Shown: one piece after another, positions 8,466 to 17,025 of the stretch
How positions within the stretch are numbered: the first letter of the stretch is position 1
Layout: every line of letters begins with the position of its first letter
DNA from: an uncultured Chloroflexia bacterium
Lineage (GTDB): Bacteria > Chloroflexota > Ktedonobacteria > Ktedonobacterales > JADMIN01
Assembly (NCBI GenBank): GCA_963718915.1
Contig: CAVRAI010000013.1
Location: 450,001 to 482,000, forward strand
Length of the DNA stretch: 32,000 nucleotides
Reading direction: 5' to 3'
The notes under the pieces: generated by a model
Told to the model about the DNA's origin: nothing
Seen by the model: only the letters and a program-made list of their open reading frames with translations
Databases searched by the model: none
Position numbers and translations under genes: made by a program

Positions 8466-10161
8466 TTCATCCCAGCTTCTCAGCCAGTTCTACGTCAAGC
8501 TCGACGGCGCAGACGTCCCTGAGAATTTCATGCGCGACCTGATGGAGATCACGGTAGAGAACAGCCTGCATCTACCCGACGTGGCGACGCTGATACTCCA
8601 TGACCCGCATCTGCTCTGGATCGACGCCGATAGCCTGGCTCCAGGCAAGGCAGTGAAGGTATCTGCACGTGGCCTCAAGGGTGAGAAAATCATCTTCGAC
8701 GGTGAAATCGTCGAATTAGAGCCAGATTTTCACCCCACAACGCAAATCCTCACGGTCCGCGCATTCGACCGGATGCACCGGCTCTCAATTGGCCAGGCCT
8801 CGCGCACGTTTATGAATGTCACCGATAGCGATCTGGTGCAAAAGCTGGCACAGGAGGTGGGGTTAAAGGCGCAGACGACCGCTACGACGCAAGTGCATCG
8901 GCATGTTTATCAGCATAATCAAACCAACCTGGCGTTTCTGCGCGAGCGGGCGGCGGCCCTCGGCTATCTCCTGTACGTGCAGGGCGATACACTGCATTTC
9001 GAGCCGCCCAAATCGGCAGGCGAGCCGATTCCGCTCGAATGGGGCGTCAACCTGAGTGAATTTCGCCCACGGCTGACGACGACAGGGCAAGCAAGCGAGG
9101 TGACGGTACGCGGCTGGGATCCCGCCACACGGCAGGAAATTGTCGGCCACGCGAAAAAGGGCCAGGGCACGCCACAGGTGGGCGAGAAACAGAGCGGTGG
9201 CGAGCTTGCGCAGGATGCCTTTCATGTGAGCGCACAGAGCCAGGGTGTTATCCGTCCAGTTCGCTCCCAGGCGGAGGCCGATGCGCTGGCGCAGGCGCTG
9301 GCCGATCAGCGTGCCAGCCATTTCATCGAGGCGGACGGCGTTTGCTCCGGCAATCCGGCGGTCATTGCAGGGTCGTCGGTGCAGGTCAGTGCGGTAGGCG
9401 AACGCTTCGGCGGCACATACTTCATCACCAGCACGACGCACGTCTACGCGGAGCAGAGTGGCTACTACACTCGCTTCAGTATCTCTGGCCTGCATCCATC
9501 AACGCTCTTGAGCGTTTTGCAGCCTCAGCATTTCATCGTGGCTACTCCATCGCAACAGGCGATGGGCATCATGGTTGGCATTGTCACCGACAATCAGGAT
9601 CCCAGCAATCAGGGTCGTGTAAAAGTGCGCTATCCAGCGCTATCGCCTGACCATGCCAGCGACTGGGCGCGCGTGATCTCCGCCGGGGCTGGCGCGAAGC
9701 GCGGTATCCTGTTTATACCTGAGGTCAATGACGAGGTGCTGGTAGGCTTCGAGATGGGCGACATTCACCATCCGTATGTGCTTGGTGGTCTGTGGAATGG
9801 CCAGGATCAGCCGCCCTATCCGACAGATAAAACCGTTCAGGGTGGCAAGGTGGCGCTCCGGATTATCCAGTCGCGCGAGGGCCACTACCTGGCCTTTCTG
9901 GAATCCGACGACACGAAGGGTATCGTCATCGTCGACACGAGCGGGAACACGATTGCCTTGAACGCCCAGGATGAACAGCTGGAAATTCGCTGTAGCGGCG
10001 ATGCGCTGATCACGGCAAAAGGTGATATTTCCATCGAGGCAGGGAAAAATCTCACGTTGAAGGCGCCACAGGGGCAGGTTGAGATCCAGGGGCAGACCGG
10101 CGTGAAAGCCGAGAGTAGCGCAAACGTAGATATCAAGGGCACACTCATCAATCTGAACTGA
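8458..10161 (+). CDS. VgrG-like baseplate hub/spike (gpD + gp5 OB-fold + C-terminal beta-helix; Afp8-like)
   Basis: The start overlaps the upstream stop (ATGCCTGA). The gpD-like N-terminal half includes FYVKLDG...LILHDP. The OB-fold segment is GIVTDNQDPSNQGRVKVRYPALS...IPEVNDEVLVGFEMGDIHHPYVLGGLWN. The repetitive C-terminal strands are GNTIALNAQDEQLEIRCSGDALITAKGDISIEAGKNLTLKAPQGQVEIQG. Confidence 0.9.
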   Translation: MPDSSQLLSQFYVKLDGADVPENFMRDLMEITVENSLHLPDVATLILHDPHLLWIDADSLAPGKAVKVSARGLKGEKIIFDGEIVELEPDFHPTTQILTVRAFDRMHRLSIGQASRTFMNVTDSDLVQKLAQEVGLKAQTTATTQVHRHVYQHNQTNLAFLRERAAALGYLLYVQGDTLHFEPPKSAGEPIPLEWGVNLSEFRPRLTTTGQASEVTVRGWDPATRQEIVGHAKKGQGTPQVGEKQSGGELAQDAFHVSAQSQGVIRPVRSQAEADALAQALADQRASHFIEADGVCSGNPAVIAGSSVQVSAVGERFGGTYFITSTTHVYAEQSGYYTRFSISGLHPSTLLSVLQPQHFIVATPSQQAMGIMVGIVTDNQDPSNQGRVKVRYPALSPDHASDWARVISAGAGAKRGILFIPEVNDEVLVGFEMGDIHHPYVLGGLWNGQDQPPYPTDKTVQGGKVALRIIQSREGHYLAFLESDDTKGIVIVDTSGNTIALNAQDEQLEIRCSGDALITAKGDISIEAGKNLTLKAPQGQVEIQGQTGVKAESSANVDIKGTLINLN

Positions 10162-10177
10162 CTGGGAGGAGGGGAGC

Positions 10178-10570
10178 ATGGGACAGCCAGCAGCCAAGCA
10201 GGGCGACCAGATCACGGCGGTAGATACACACATCGTGTTGATTCCTTCTCCTGGCGGTCCGATCCCCACGCCACTGCCACATCCGTTCAACGGCATCATC
10301 GACGGCAACCTGAGCACAAATGTCAACATTATGGGGATGTCCGCGGCGACGGTAGGTAGCACAGCGGATAACACGCCGCCGCATATCCCCCTGGGAGGCC
10401 CGTTCCAAATCCCGCCAACCAATCAGGGACAGATCATGATGGGCAGCGCAACGGTTATGATTAACGGCAAACCAGCGGCGCGCGCGGGTGATACCGCGAT
10501 GACGTGCAATGACCCCGCGCCATTGCCGGTGGGCGCTGTGGTGGCAACGGGAACCGTGATGATCGGCTAA
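10178..10570 (+). CDS. PAAR-domain spike tip protein (Afp10-like)
   Basis: GGAGGAGGGGAG RBS before the ATG. PAAR-like motifs AAKQGDQITAVDTHIV and NGKPAARAGDTAMTCNDP. The gene follows the VgrG-like gene. Confidence 0.85.
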   Translation: MGQPAAKQGDQITAVDTHIVLIPSPGGPIPTPLPHPFNGIIDGNLSTNVNIMGMSAATVGSTADNTPPHIPLGGPFQIPPTNQGQIMMGSATVMINGKPAARAGDTAMTCNDPAPLPVGAVVATGTVMIG

Positions 10571-10589
10571 TACAGGTAGAGGACAGCGT

Positions 10590-10985
10590 ATGCGGGACTT
10601 TCTGGGCGTCGGCTGGGCGTTTCCGGTTGGCGTTGATGCGCGTGGGCGCATTGCGCTGGCACGGCAGGAGCGCGATATCGAAGAGGCGATACGGATCATT
10701 CTGCTGACACCCAAGGGGCAGCGCGTGATGCGCCCGGAGTTTGGCTGCCAGATTCACGATCTGATGTTCGCGCCCAATGACGCCACAACGGCAGGGTTGG
10801 CCGCCTACTACGTCGAGGAGGCGCTAGGTATGTGGGAGCCGCGCATCCATATCAAAGAGGTGAACGCGCGCCCCGACCCTGAAAATCAGGGGCGCCTGCT
10901 CATCGATATCTCGTATGAAATCAAGGCAACGCACGACAGCCGCTCGCTGGTCTTTCCCTTCTATCGAATACCAGAAGAGGCGTGA
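10590..10985 (+). CDS. GPW/gp25 baseplate wedge protein (Afp9-like)
   Basis: GVGWAFPVGVDARGRIALARQERDIEEAIRIILLTPKGQRVMRPEFGCQIHDLMFAPND is typical of the GPW_gp25 family. Confidence 0.9.
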   Translation: MRDFLGVGWAFPVGVDARGRIALARQERDIEEAIRIILLTPKGQRVMRPEFGCQIHDLMFAPNDATTAGLAAYYVEEALGMWEPRIHIKEVNARPDPENQGRLLIDISYEIKATHDSRSLVFPFYRIPEEA

Positions 10986-11033
10986 CCCGCATATCTGGTT
11001 TCCCGCTAGAATGTCCCAAAGGAGATACTCGCG

Positions 11034-13025
11034 ATGCCACTGCCGACACCTTCTCTCGATGATCGCCACTTCCAGGATATTGTGGATCAGGTCAAGAGCA
11101 TGATCCCGCGTTACTGCCCGGAGTGGACCGACCACAACGTCAGCGACCCCGGCGTGACGCTGATCGAACTGTTCGCCTGGATGACCGATATGCTGCTCTA
11201 TCGCGTTAATCAGGTGCCAGACAAAAACTACATCAAATTCCTCGAACTCATTGGCATCCAGCTGGAGTCGCCGCGCGCCGCGCGTGGGCCAGTAACGTTC
11301 TACCTTTCGGCGGCGCAACCCGCTGAGATCAAGATTAGCGCGGGCGCTGAGGTGGCCACTGTCCGCACCGAGACCAATCCGGCGATTGTCTTCAGCACCG
11401 AAGAAGACCTGGTGATCCGCCCACCCGTGCTGACCGGCGCATACACCCGCAACGCCAGCCACAGCGACGCCTCTGCCTGGACAACGCACGATCTCCGTCA
11501 GCTTGGAGTGGCCAGAAATCGTATCGCGCTCTTCCCGGCGAAGCCCGGCCCAGGCGATGCCTTCTATCTCTCGTTCTCCACCGACCACACTCGCCATGTG
11601 CTGGCCATCGCGCTTAATTGTGACCCGGCGGGCGGCGCGGGCGTTGATCCGAACCACCCACCGACGGAATGGGAAGTCTGGCAGGGCGGCCTGACACGCT
11701 GGGCAAAGTGCGAGGTGGAGTATGATGGCACGGGCGGATTCAACCGCGCGGGCGAGATTATTCTGCATGCGCCACAGATGACGCAGGGCGAGTTCCAGGG
11801 AAATCGCGCCTACTGGCTGCGCTGCCAGCTGACCAACGCGCAGAGCGCCGGGAATGGCTATGTCGTCTCGCCGAGCATCTACTCGCTAAAGGTGGAATCG
11901 CGCGGCGGCTCCGTCGGCGCGTTTCACGGATCTACCATTTACAATGAGTTGCTGGGCATTGCCGATGGGACGCCGGGGCAAATGTTCGCGCTGCTGCATG
12001 CGCCCGTGCTGGCGCGTAGCGCTGAGACCGATCACCTCGTTGTCGAGCCACCCGGAGGTCAGCCCGAAAACTGGCACGAAGTGACTGATTTTGGCGACTC
12101 CGCCGCCGACGACAAGAACTACACACTCGATAGCCTGGACGGCGCCATCGCCCTCGGTCCCTCGCTGCTCCAGCCCGACGGCAGCGTCTATCGCTTCGGC
12201 GCCGTGCCCGCGAAGGGCAGCACCCTGACATTCGCACGCTACCAGCACGGCGGTGGCGTGGAAGGCAACGTGCCACGGGGCATGCTGACCGTGCTGAAGA
12301 CCTCCATACCCTATGTGTCTTCGGTCATCAACCGTGCGCCCGCGATTGGCGGACGAGACGCCCAGCGCCTCGACGACGCCATGTTGCGCGCACCCCACAT
12401 GTTACGCACCCGAAGCCGCGCCGTCACCGCCGACGACTACGAGTATCTGGCGACGCAGATCAACGGCGTCGCGCGGGCACGCTGTCTGGCGCCGGGATCC
12501 CAGCCCGGCGACCCATCCGACCCACGACCGGGGCAGGTATTCGTCATCGTGCTGCCGCAGAGCGAAGCGACCAGCGGGCGTATCAGCCAGGATCAGGTGA
12601 CGCTCTCCGCCGAACTGCGCAGCAGTGTCCTTTCCTATCTCGACGACCGCCGCCTGCTCGGAACAGCCCTCGAGGTGCGCGCGCCGCAGTACACCTGGGT
12701 CTCGGTACGAGCAAGGTTGCGACTGCCAGAACGGAGCGACGCTGGGCTAGCGGCTGACGTGCGCGAGCAGGCCGAGGCGGCGCTTTACCGCTATCTCAAT
12801 CCTTATACAGGCGGGCCGCGCGGCGAAGGGTGGCCATTTGGCCGCGATCTGCATCAGTCGGAGATTTTCAGCCTGCTCCAGGCGCTACCGCATGTCGAAT
12901 TTGTCGAAGACGTGCAGATGTCTGTCTCGGACGGCAGCGGAGCAGCCAGGCCCGCGTCCGCCCGGTTGATTCTGCCGCGGCATGGTATCATCTGCTCGGA
13001 TACCCATGAAGTGACGGTGAGCTGA
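11034..13025 (+). CDS. baseplate J / gp6-like wedge protein (Afp11-like)
   Basis: AAAGGAG RBS. N-terminus LDDRHFQDIVDQVKSMIPRYCPEWTDHNVSDPGVTLIELFAWMTDMLLYRVNQVPDKNYIKFLELIG is characteristic of 'putative baseplate assembly protein' J-like families. A size of about 660 aa fits. Confidence 0.9.
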   Translation: MPLPTPSLDDRHFQDIVDQVKSMIPRYCPEWTDHNVSDPGVTLIELFAWMTDMLLYRVNQVPDKNYIKFLELIGIQLESPRAARGPVTFYLSAAQPAEIKISAGAEVATVRTETNPAIVFSTEEDLVIRPPVLTGAYTRNASHSDASAWTTHDLRQLGVARNRIALFPAKPGPGDAFYLSFSTDHTRHVLAIALNCDPAGGAGVDPNHPPTEWEVWQGGLTRWAKCEVEYDGTGGFNRAGEIILHAPQMTQGEFQGNRAYWLRCQLTNAQSAGNGYVVSPSIYSLKVESRGGSVGAFHGSTIYNELLGIADGTPGQMFALLHAPVLARSAETDHLVVEPPGGQPENWHEVTDFGDSAADDKNYTLDSLDGAIALGPSLLQPDGSVYRFGAVPAKGSTLTFARYQHGGGVEGNVPRGMLTVLKTSIPYVSSVINRAPAIGGRDAQRLDDAMLRAPHMLRTRSRAVTADDYEYLATQINGVARARCLAPGSQPGDPSDPRPGQVFVIVLPQSEATSGRISQDQVTLSAELRSSVLSYLDDRRLLGTALEVRAPQYTWVSVRARLRLPERSDAGLAADVREQAEAALYRYLNPYTGGPRGEGWPFGRDLHQSEIFSLLQALPHVEFVEDVQMSVSDGSGAARPASARLILPRHGIICSDTHEVTVS

Positions 13026-13035
13026 GAGGGCTGAC

Positions 13036-13965
13036 ATGGCAGACGAGACGCGACGGCTGATCGTGCAGCGGGGAGACGATCTGGTGCAGACTGTGGCGAT
13101 TGATCGCCCGGTGCTGACCATTGGACGCACCCCAGACAACGACCTCTCGTTGCCCGATACGCTGGTCTCGCGCCACCACGCCGAGCTACGGCTGGAACCT
13201 GAAGGGCTGACGCTGACCGACCTGCATAGCTCAAACGGCGCCTTCGTCGAGGGTGTTCGTCTTCCACCCAATCAGCCGCGCCTGCTCACCAACGGCGCGC
13301 ATATCCAGATTGGGCCGTTTCTGCTCACCTATCAGGTGGGCGAAGATGACAACGGCGCTAGTGGTATCCCCGCCACGGACATGGTAGCGGTCGAGACGCC
13401 AGCGATACAGCCCGTGCAGGCGATGCAGCCGGTGCAGGCACTCGCGCGGACACACACGCATCTGCCGCGGCCAACACTGCCCGCGCCTGTTGCCAGTGGC
13501 CCCGCCAGCATGTATATTGAATCTCTGCCGGTGATTTACGCCGACAACGACTTTCTTGCCCGGTTTCTGTTGCTGTTTCAGAACGTCTGGGAGCCTCTGG
13601 AGCAGCGGCAGGATCATATCGACATGTACTTCGACCCGCGCACCAGTCCGGCGAGTTTCCTGCCGTGGCTGGCAAGTTGGCTCGATCTCTCATTCAATCA
13701 GCACTGGCCCGAGACACGGCGGCGGCGTCTGCTGGCGGAGGCGATTGATCTGTATCGCTGGCGCGGGACACGCTATGGCCTGGTGCGGATGATCGAAGTT
13801 TGCACCGGCATTACCCCTGAAGTCACCGAAAATACGGCGCTACCATACACATTTGATGTGAAAATTGCACTTCCCAAAGACGGGGATATCGATCAGAATC
13901 TCATCGACGAACTGATTCAGGCGCACAAGCCGGCCCACGCCGGATACCGGTTGGAGGTTCTCTGA
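13036..13965 (+). CDS. FHA domain fused to a phage-tail-protein-I / Afp12-like baseplate wedge module
   Basis: FHA signature LTIGRTPDNDLSLPDTLVSRHHAELRLEPEGLTLTDLHSSNGAFVEGVRL at about nt 13100-13330. C-terminal half ESLPVIYADNDFLARFLLLFQNVWEPLEQ...FLPWLASWLDLSFNQHWPE...LYRWRGTRYGLVRMIE resembles the TIGR02242/gpI phage tail domain. Confidence 0.85.
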   Translation: MADETRRLIVQRGDDLVQTVAIDRPVLTIGRTPDNDLSLPDTLVSRHHAELRLEPEGLTLTDLHSSNGAFVEGVRLPPNQPRLLTNGAHIQIGPFLLTYQVGEDDNGASGIPATDMVAVETPAIQPVQAMQPVQALARTHTHLPRPTLPAPVASGPASMYIESLPVIYADNDFLARFLLLFQNVWEPLEQRQDHIDMYFDPRTSPASFLPWLASWLDLSFNQHWPETRRRRLLAEAIDLYRWRGTRYGLVRMIEVCTGITPEVTENTALPYTFDVKIALPKDGDIDQNLIDELIQAHKPAHAGYRLEVL

Positions 13966-16675
13966 TGTCGGAACTGGTCGGGAAGACCATCGGTAACTAC
14001 AAGATTGAGGCGTTGCTTGGCACTGGCGGTATGGGCCAGGTCTATCGCGGCGTCCATCAGTTTCTGAAGGTCGAGCGCGCCGTCAAAGTGATGAACCCCG
14101 GTGTCGCCGCCGATCCCAATTTCCAGGCGCGCTTCCAGCAGGAGGCCCAGGCCGCTGCCGCACTCAATCACCAGAATATCGTCGCAGTGTTCGACTTTGG
14201 CGAGCAGTCCGGCGAGTATTACATGGTGATGGAACTGGTGACCGATGGTTCGCTCCGCACGCTCTTGCGCCAGCGCGCCTCTGGCCAGACCTGGGAGCTT
14301 CCGCTCGGACTGGATCTCATTCGCCAGGCCGCCGAGGGATTGGGCTACGCGAACGGCAAGGGTATGGTCCACCGCGACATCAAGCCAGACAACCTCTTGA
14401 TGGTGAAGTTGAGCGACTCGCCTGCGGGCAAACGCAGTATCTGCTCAAGATTACCGACTTTGGGCTGGCGCGGCTGACCGAAGGGAGCGGCGTGCGCACC
14501 GTCAGCGGCATGGTGATGGGCACTCCGGCCTATATGTCGCCGGAGCAATGCCAGGGCGGCGCGGTTGACGGACGTAGCGATCTCTATTCACTGGGTGTGG
14601 TGCTCTATGAGGTTGCGACAGGTTATCTGCCCTTCCAGGCGACGACGGTGAGCGAGGCGATCTACAAGCATGTCTTTGTGGCTCCTCCGCCACCGCGCCA
14701 GGTTCGTCCTGATCTGCCGCAAGCGCTGGAAGACATTATTCTGCGCTGCCTGGCGAAGAAACCAGAGGGACGCTTTGCCAACGGCGCTGAGCTTGCGCGC
14801 GCTTTGCAAGGTGTCATCGGCCTTCCGGTGCTGACGACGATGGCGCCGATCCGCCCCGGCCAACCAAAGGCCGCGCCGACGCCCGCGACACCGCCCGCCG
14901 CCGCGACTGAGCTTGAGGCGCCTCATGCAGGCGCTCTTCAACCGCCAGCGGCGCCCCCGCTGGGTGGCTACTCCGCGTATCCTCGCATCCGCGTGGTCGA
15001 TCAGGATGGGCGCGTGCTGCAAGTGGTGGAGGTGAATAAGCCCGCGATGGTCGTCGGGCGGCAGCCTGGCAGCGATATTGTGCTCGCGGAGGAGGGCGTC
15101 TCGCGCCAGCATCTGCGCCTTGCCAGAGAAGGCGCGCGCATCTCGGTTACGGATCTTGGCTCTAACAATGGGACATTTCTGGCTGGTAGCCGTCTCTTAC
15201 CCCAGGCGACAACCACCTGGGAATTCGGTCAGGCGCTGCATGTCGGCCCGTATTGGCTGCTCCTCGACGCGCCAACGTCGGCAGCGGCTGCCCCGAACTC
15301 AGCGCAACTCTCCGGAGCGCCCGGCGCGATGCCCGGCGGCTTCCATTCTGCGCCAACGTATGCGGGTTCGGAGGCCATTCCCGCGCCGTACGGGTCGCCT
15401 GTGGCTCCGCCGCTGCCACCAACAACGGAAAGTGGACGCATCCAGGTCGCTGCGGATCAGGAGGCGATAACACTGACTCCCGGCCAATCTGCGATCGTCA
15501 AAGTGACGCTTGCCAACACGGGTACCACCGTTGACCATCTCAGTCTCTACGCCGAAGGTATCCCGCAGTCGTGGGTTCAGGGGCCAGGACGGGAGGTACA
15601 ACTCAATCCGGGCCAGCAGGAGACGACAACTCTGACGATTCAGGCGCCGCGCCTCCCCAATAGCCGCGCGGGGATGTATCCCGTGACGTTACGCGCCCGT
15701 TCGCGCGAAAATCCGGGCGATTCTGGCAGCGCTCCCGTCCTCTGGACTGTCACCCCATTCACCAGTGAGGCGCTCACGCTTCGCCCGACCCGTGTGCGCG
15801 CCCGCCGGACGGCGCGTTTCAGCATGACACTGCAGAACTCCGGCAATGCCCCCGTGCAGTACGCCCTCGCTGGCGAGGATCCCGAAGAGAAACTGCAGTA
15901 CCAGTTTGCACGGCCCACGGTCACTGTGAATCCTGGCGCGGAGTCGTCCGTTCAGACGGTCATTCGCGCGCCCTGGAAACTCTCGGGCCAGCCAGAGATG
16001 CGCGATTTCCGAATTTCAGCGCGCCCCGCCCAAGGGGGGCAGCCCCAGGTAGCCACCGGGCAGATCATGCACGCCAGCCTGTTGCCTGGCTGGTTGCCTC
16101 CACCGCTCCTGGCCCTGATTGTGGCGGGTGTGGTAGTATTAGCATCGCTCTTCGCGACAGGCGTGCTACCAGGCGCGCTGGCGAATATTGGCGCAAGCCC
16201 AACCGCGACCACGTTGAGCGCCGCCACAAGTCCCACCACAGGCGGATCGGCCACACCCACCGTGACGGCAACCGCCACGCCTCAGCCGCTCTTGACGAGC
16301 GTGAACAGCAGCAATCCAGTAACCATTGCCGCCAACTCCTGCTACGATCTCGACGGCGGCGGAGCCGTCTTGAATACCTCAACCGATGCCGATTTCTGCT
16401 GGAACGTGGCCGATCCCACCCGAACGCTCGTCCCAACGAACGCGGCAATGGTTGGTATCTTTGGCGCAACAACCGAACCAGCTTATCAGGATTGTTTGAA
16501 CATGCAAAACCAGGGGCAGGAACCAAGCAATCCAATTGATGGCAGCCCTGACTCGAACAACATACCGAACGGAACATACCTATGTTTCCGCACCAGTTCA
16601 GGGCATACAGCAATGGCGCATATAGATCTGTACGACGTGAATCTCCAGATTGATTACAAGACCTGGAAGTCGTGA
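13965..16675 (+). pseudogene. Hanks-type Ser/Thr protein kinase with FHA domain, two beta-sandwich repeats, TM helix and Cys-containing ectodomain; reading frame broken once (frame 0 to frame 2) between the catalytic loop and the DFG motif
   Basis: The ATG at 13965 overlaps the upstream TGA (TGATG). Kinase motifs GTGGMGQVY, AVKVM and HRDIKPDNLL are in frame 0, which ends at 14477. KITDFGLARL (nt 14447-14476), GTPAYMSPEQ and the rest are in frame 2. Adding one A at AAA 14430-14432 gives ...SPAGKTQYLLKITDFG. The FHA domain is at about 14984-15265 (MVVGRQPGSDIVLAEEGVSRQHLRLAREGARISVTDLGSNNGTF). The TM helix is at about 16091-16171 (PPPLLALIVAGVVVLASLFATGVL). Confidence 0.8.
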
Positions 16676-17025
16676 CATTGCTGACATCGGTTGGCGAGAG
16701 CTGGTGATACAATCGTTGTGGCCCTGGGAGGTAGCGCGCGCATATGTCAGTATGGCATAGGATGCATGTGGTTAGCGCCCTCGATGTACAGGAGGCATTC
16801 CTTGTCCTGGACCTCAGCGCATAGGACTTGTTGCTTACGGCGGTTGATAGGCGGAAAATAACCTGCTATTCTGTAGCGGCATCCCGTAATCACCAACAAC
16901 ATGAAGCGTGATAACTGGCACGTATTATTGTCTATCGGGCGTGCGGCGCATGGACGGCCTTTACTTCTGGAGCGCAGCAGGCTGCTGATACGAGTTACAG
17001 TTCCGGGCTGGAGAGGTGGTATGCG

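Noticed and set aside
9640-11768. Long minus-strand ORFs (260 aa at 9640-10422, 188 aa at 10148-10714, 314 aa at 10824-11768) inside the CIS cluster
   Set aside because: They are antisense to the VgrG, PAAR, gp25 and baseplate J genes, all of which carry strong family motifs. Their translations are Arg/Ala/Gly-rich, with no motifs and no SD. This is the typical shadow-ORF pattern in GC-rich DNA.
14421-14440. Programmed ribosomal frameshift in the kinase gene
   Set aside because: There is no XXXYYYZ slippery site or obvious downstream structure. The break falls in the middle of the catalytic domain, where a regulated shift makes little sense. An indel at the AAA run explains it.
1-16675. Interpretation of the cluster as a prophage or R-type tailocin
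   Set aside because: No head, portal, terminase, integrase, repressor or lysis genes are present in or beside the cluster. The AAA+ ATPase, DUF4255 and DUF4157 genes point to an eCIS-type system. The region upstream of the window remains unseen.
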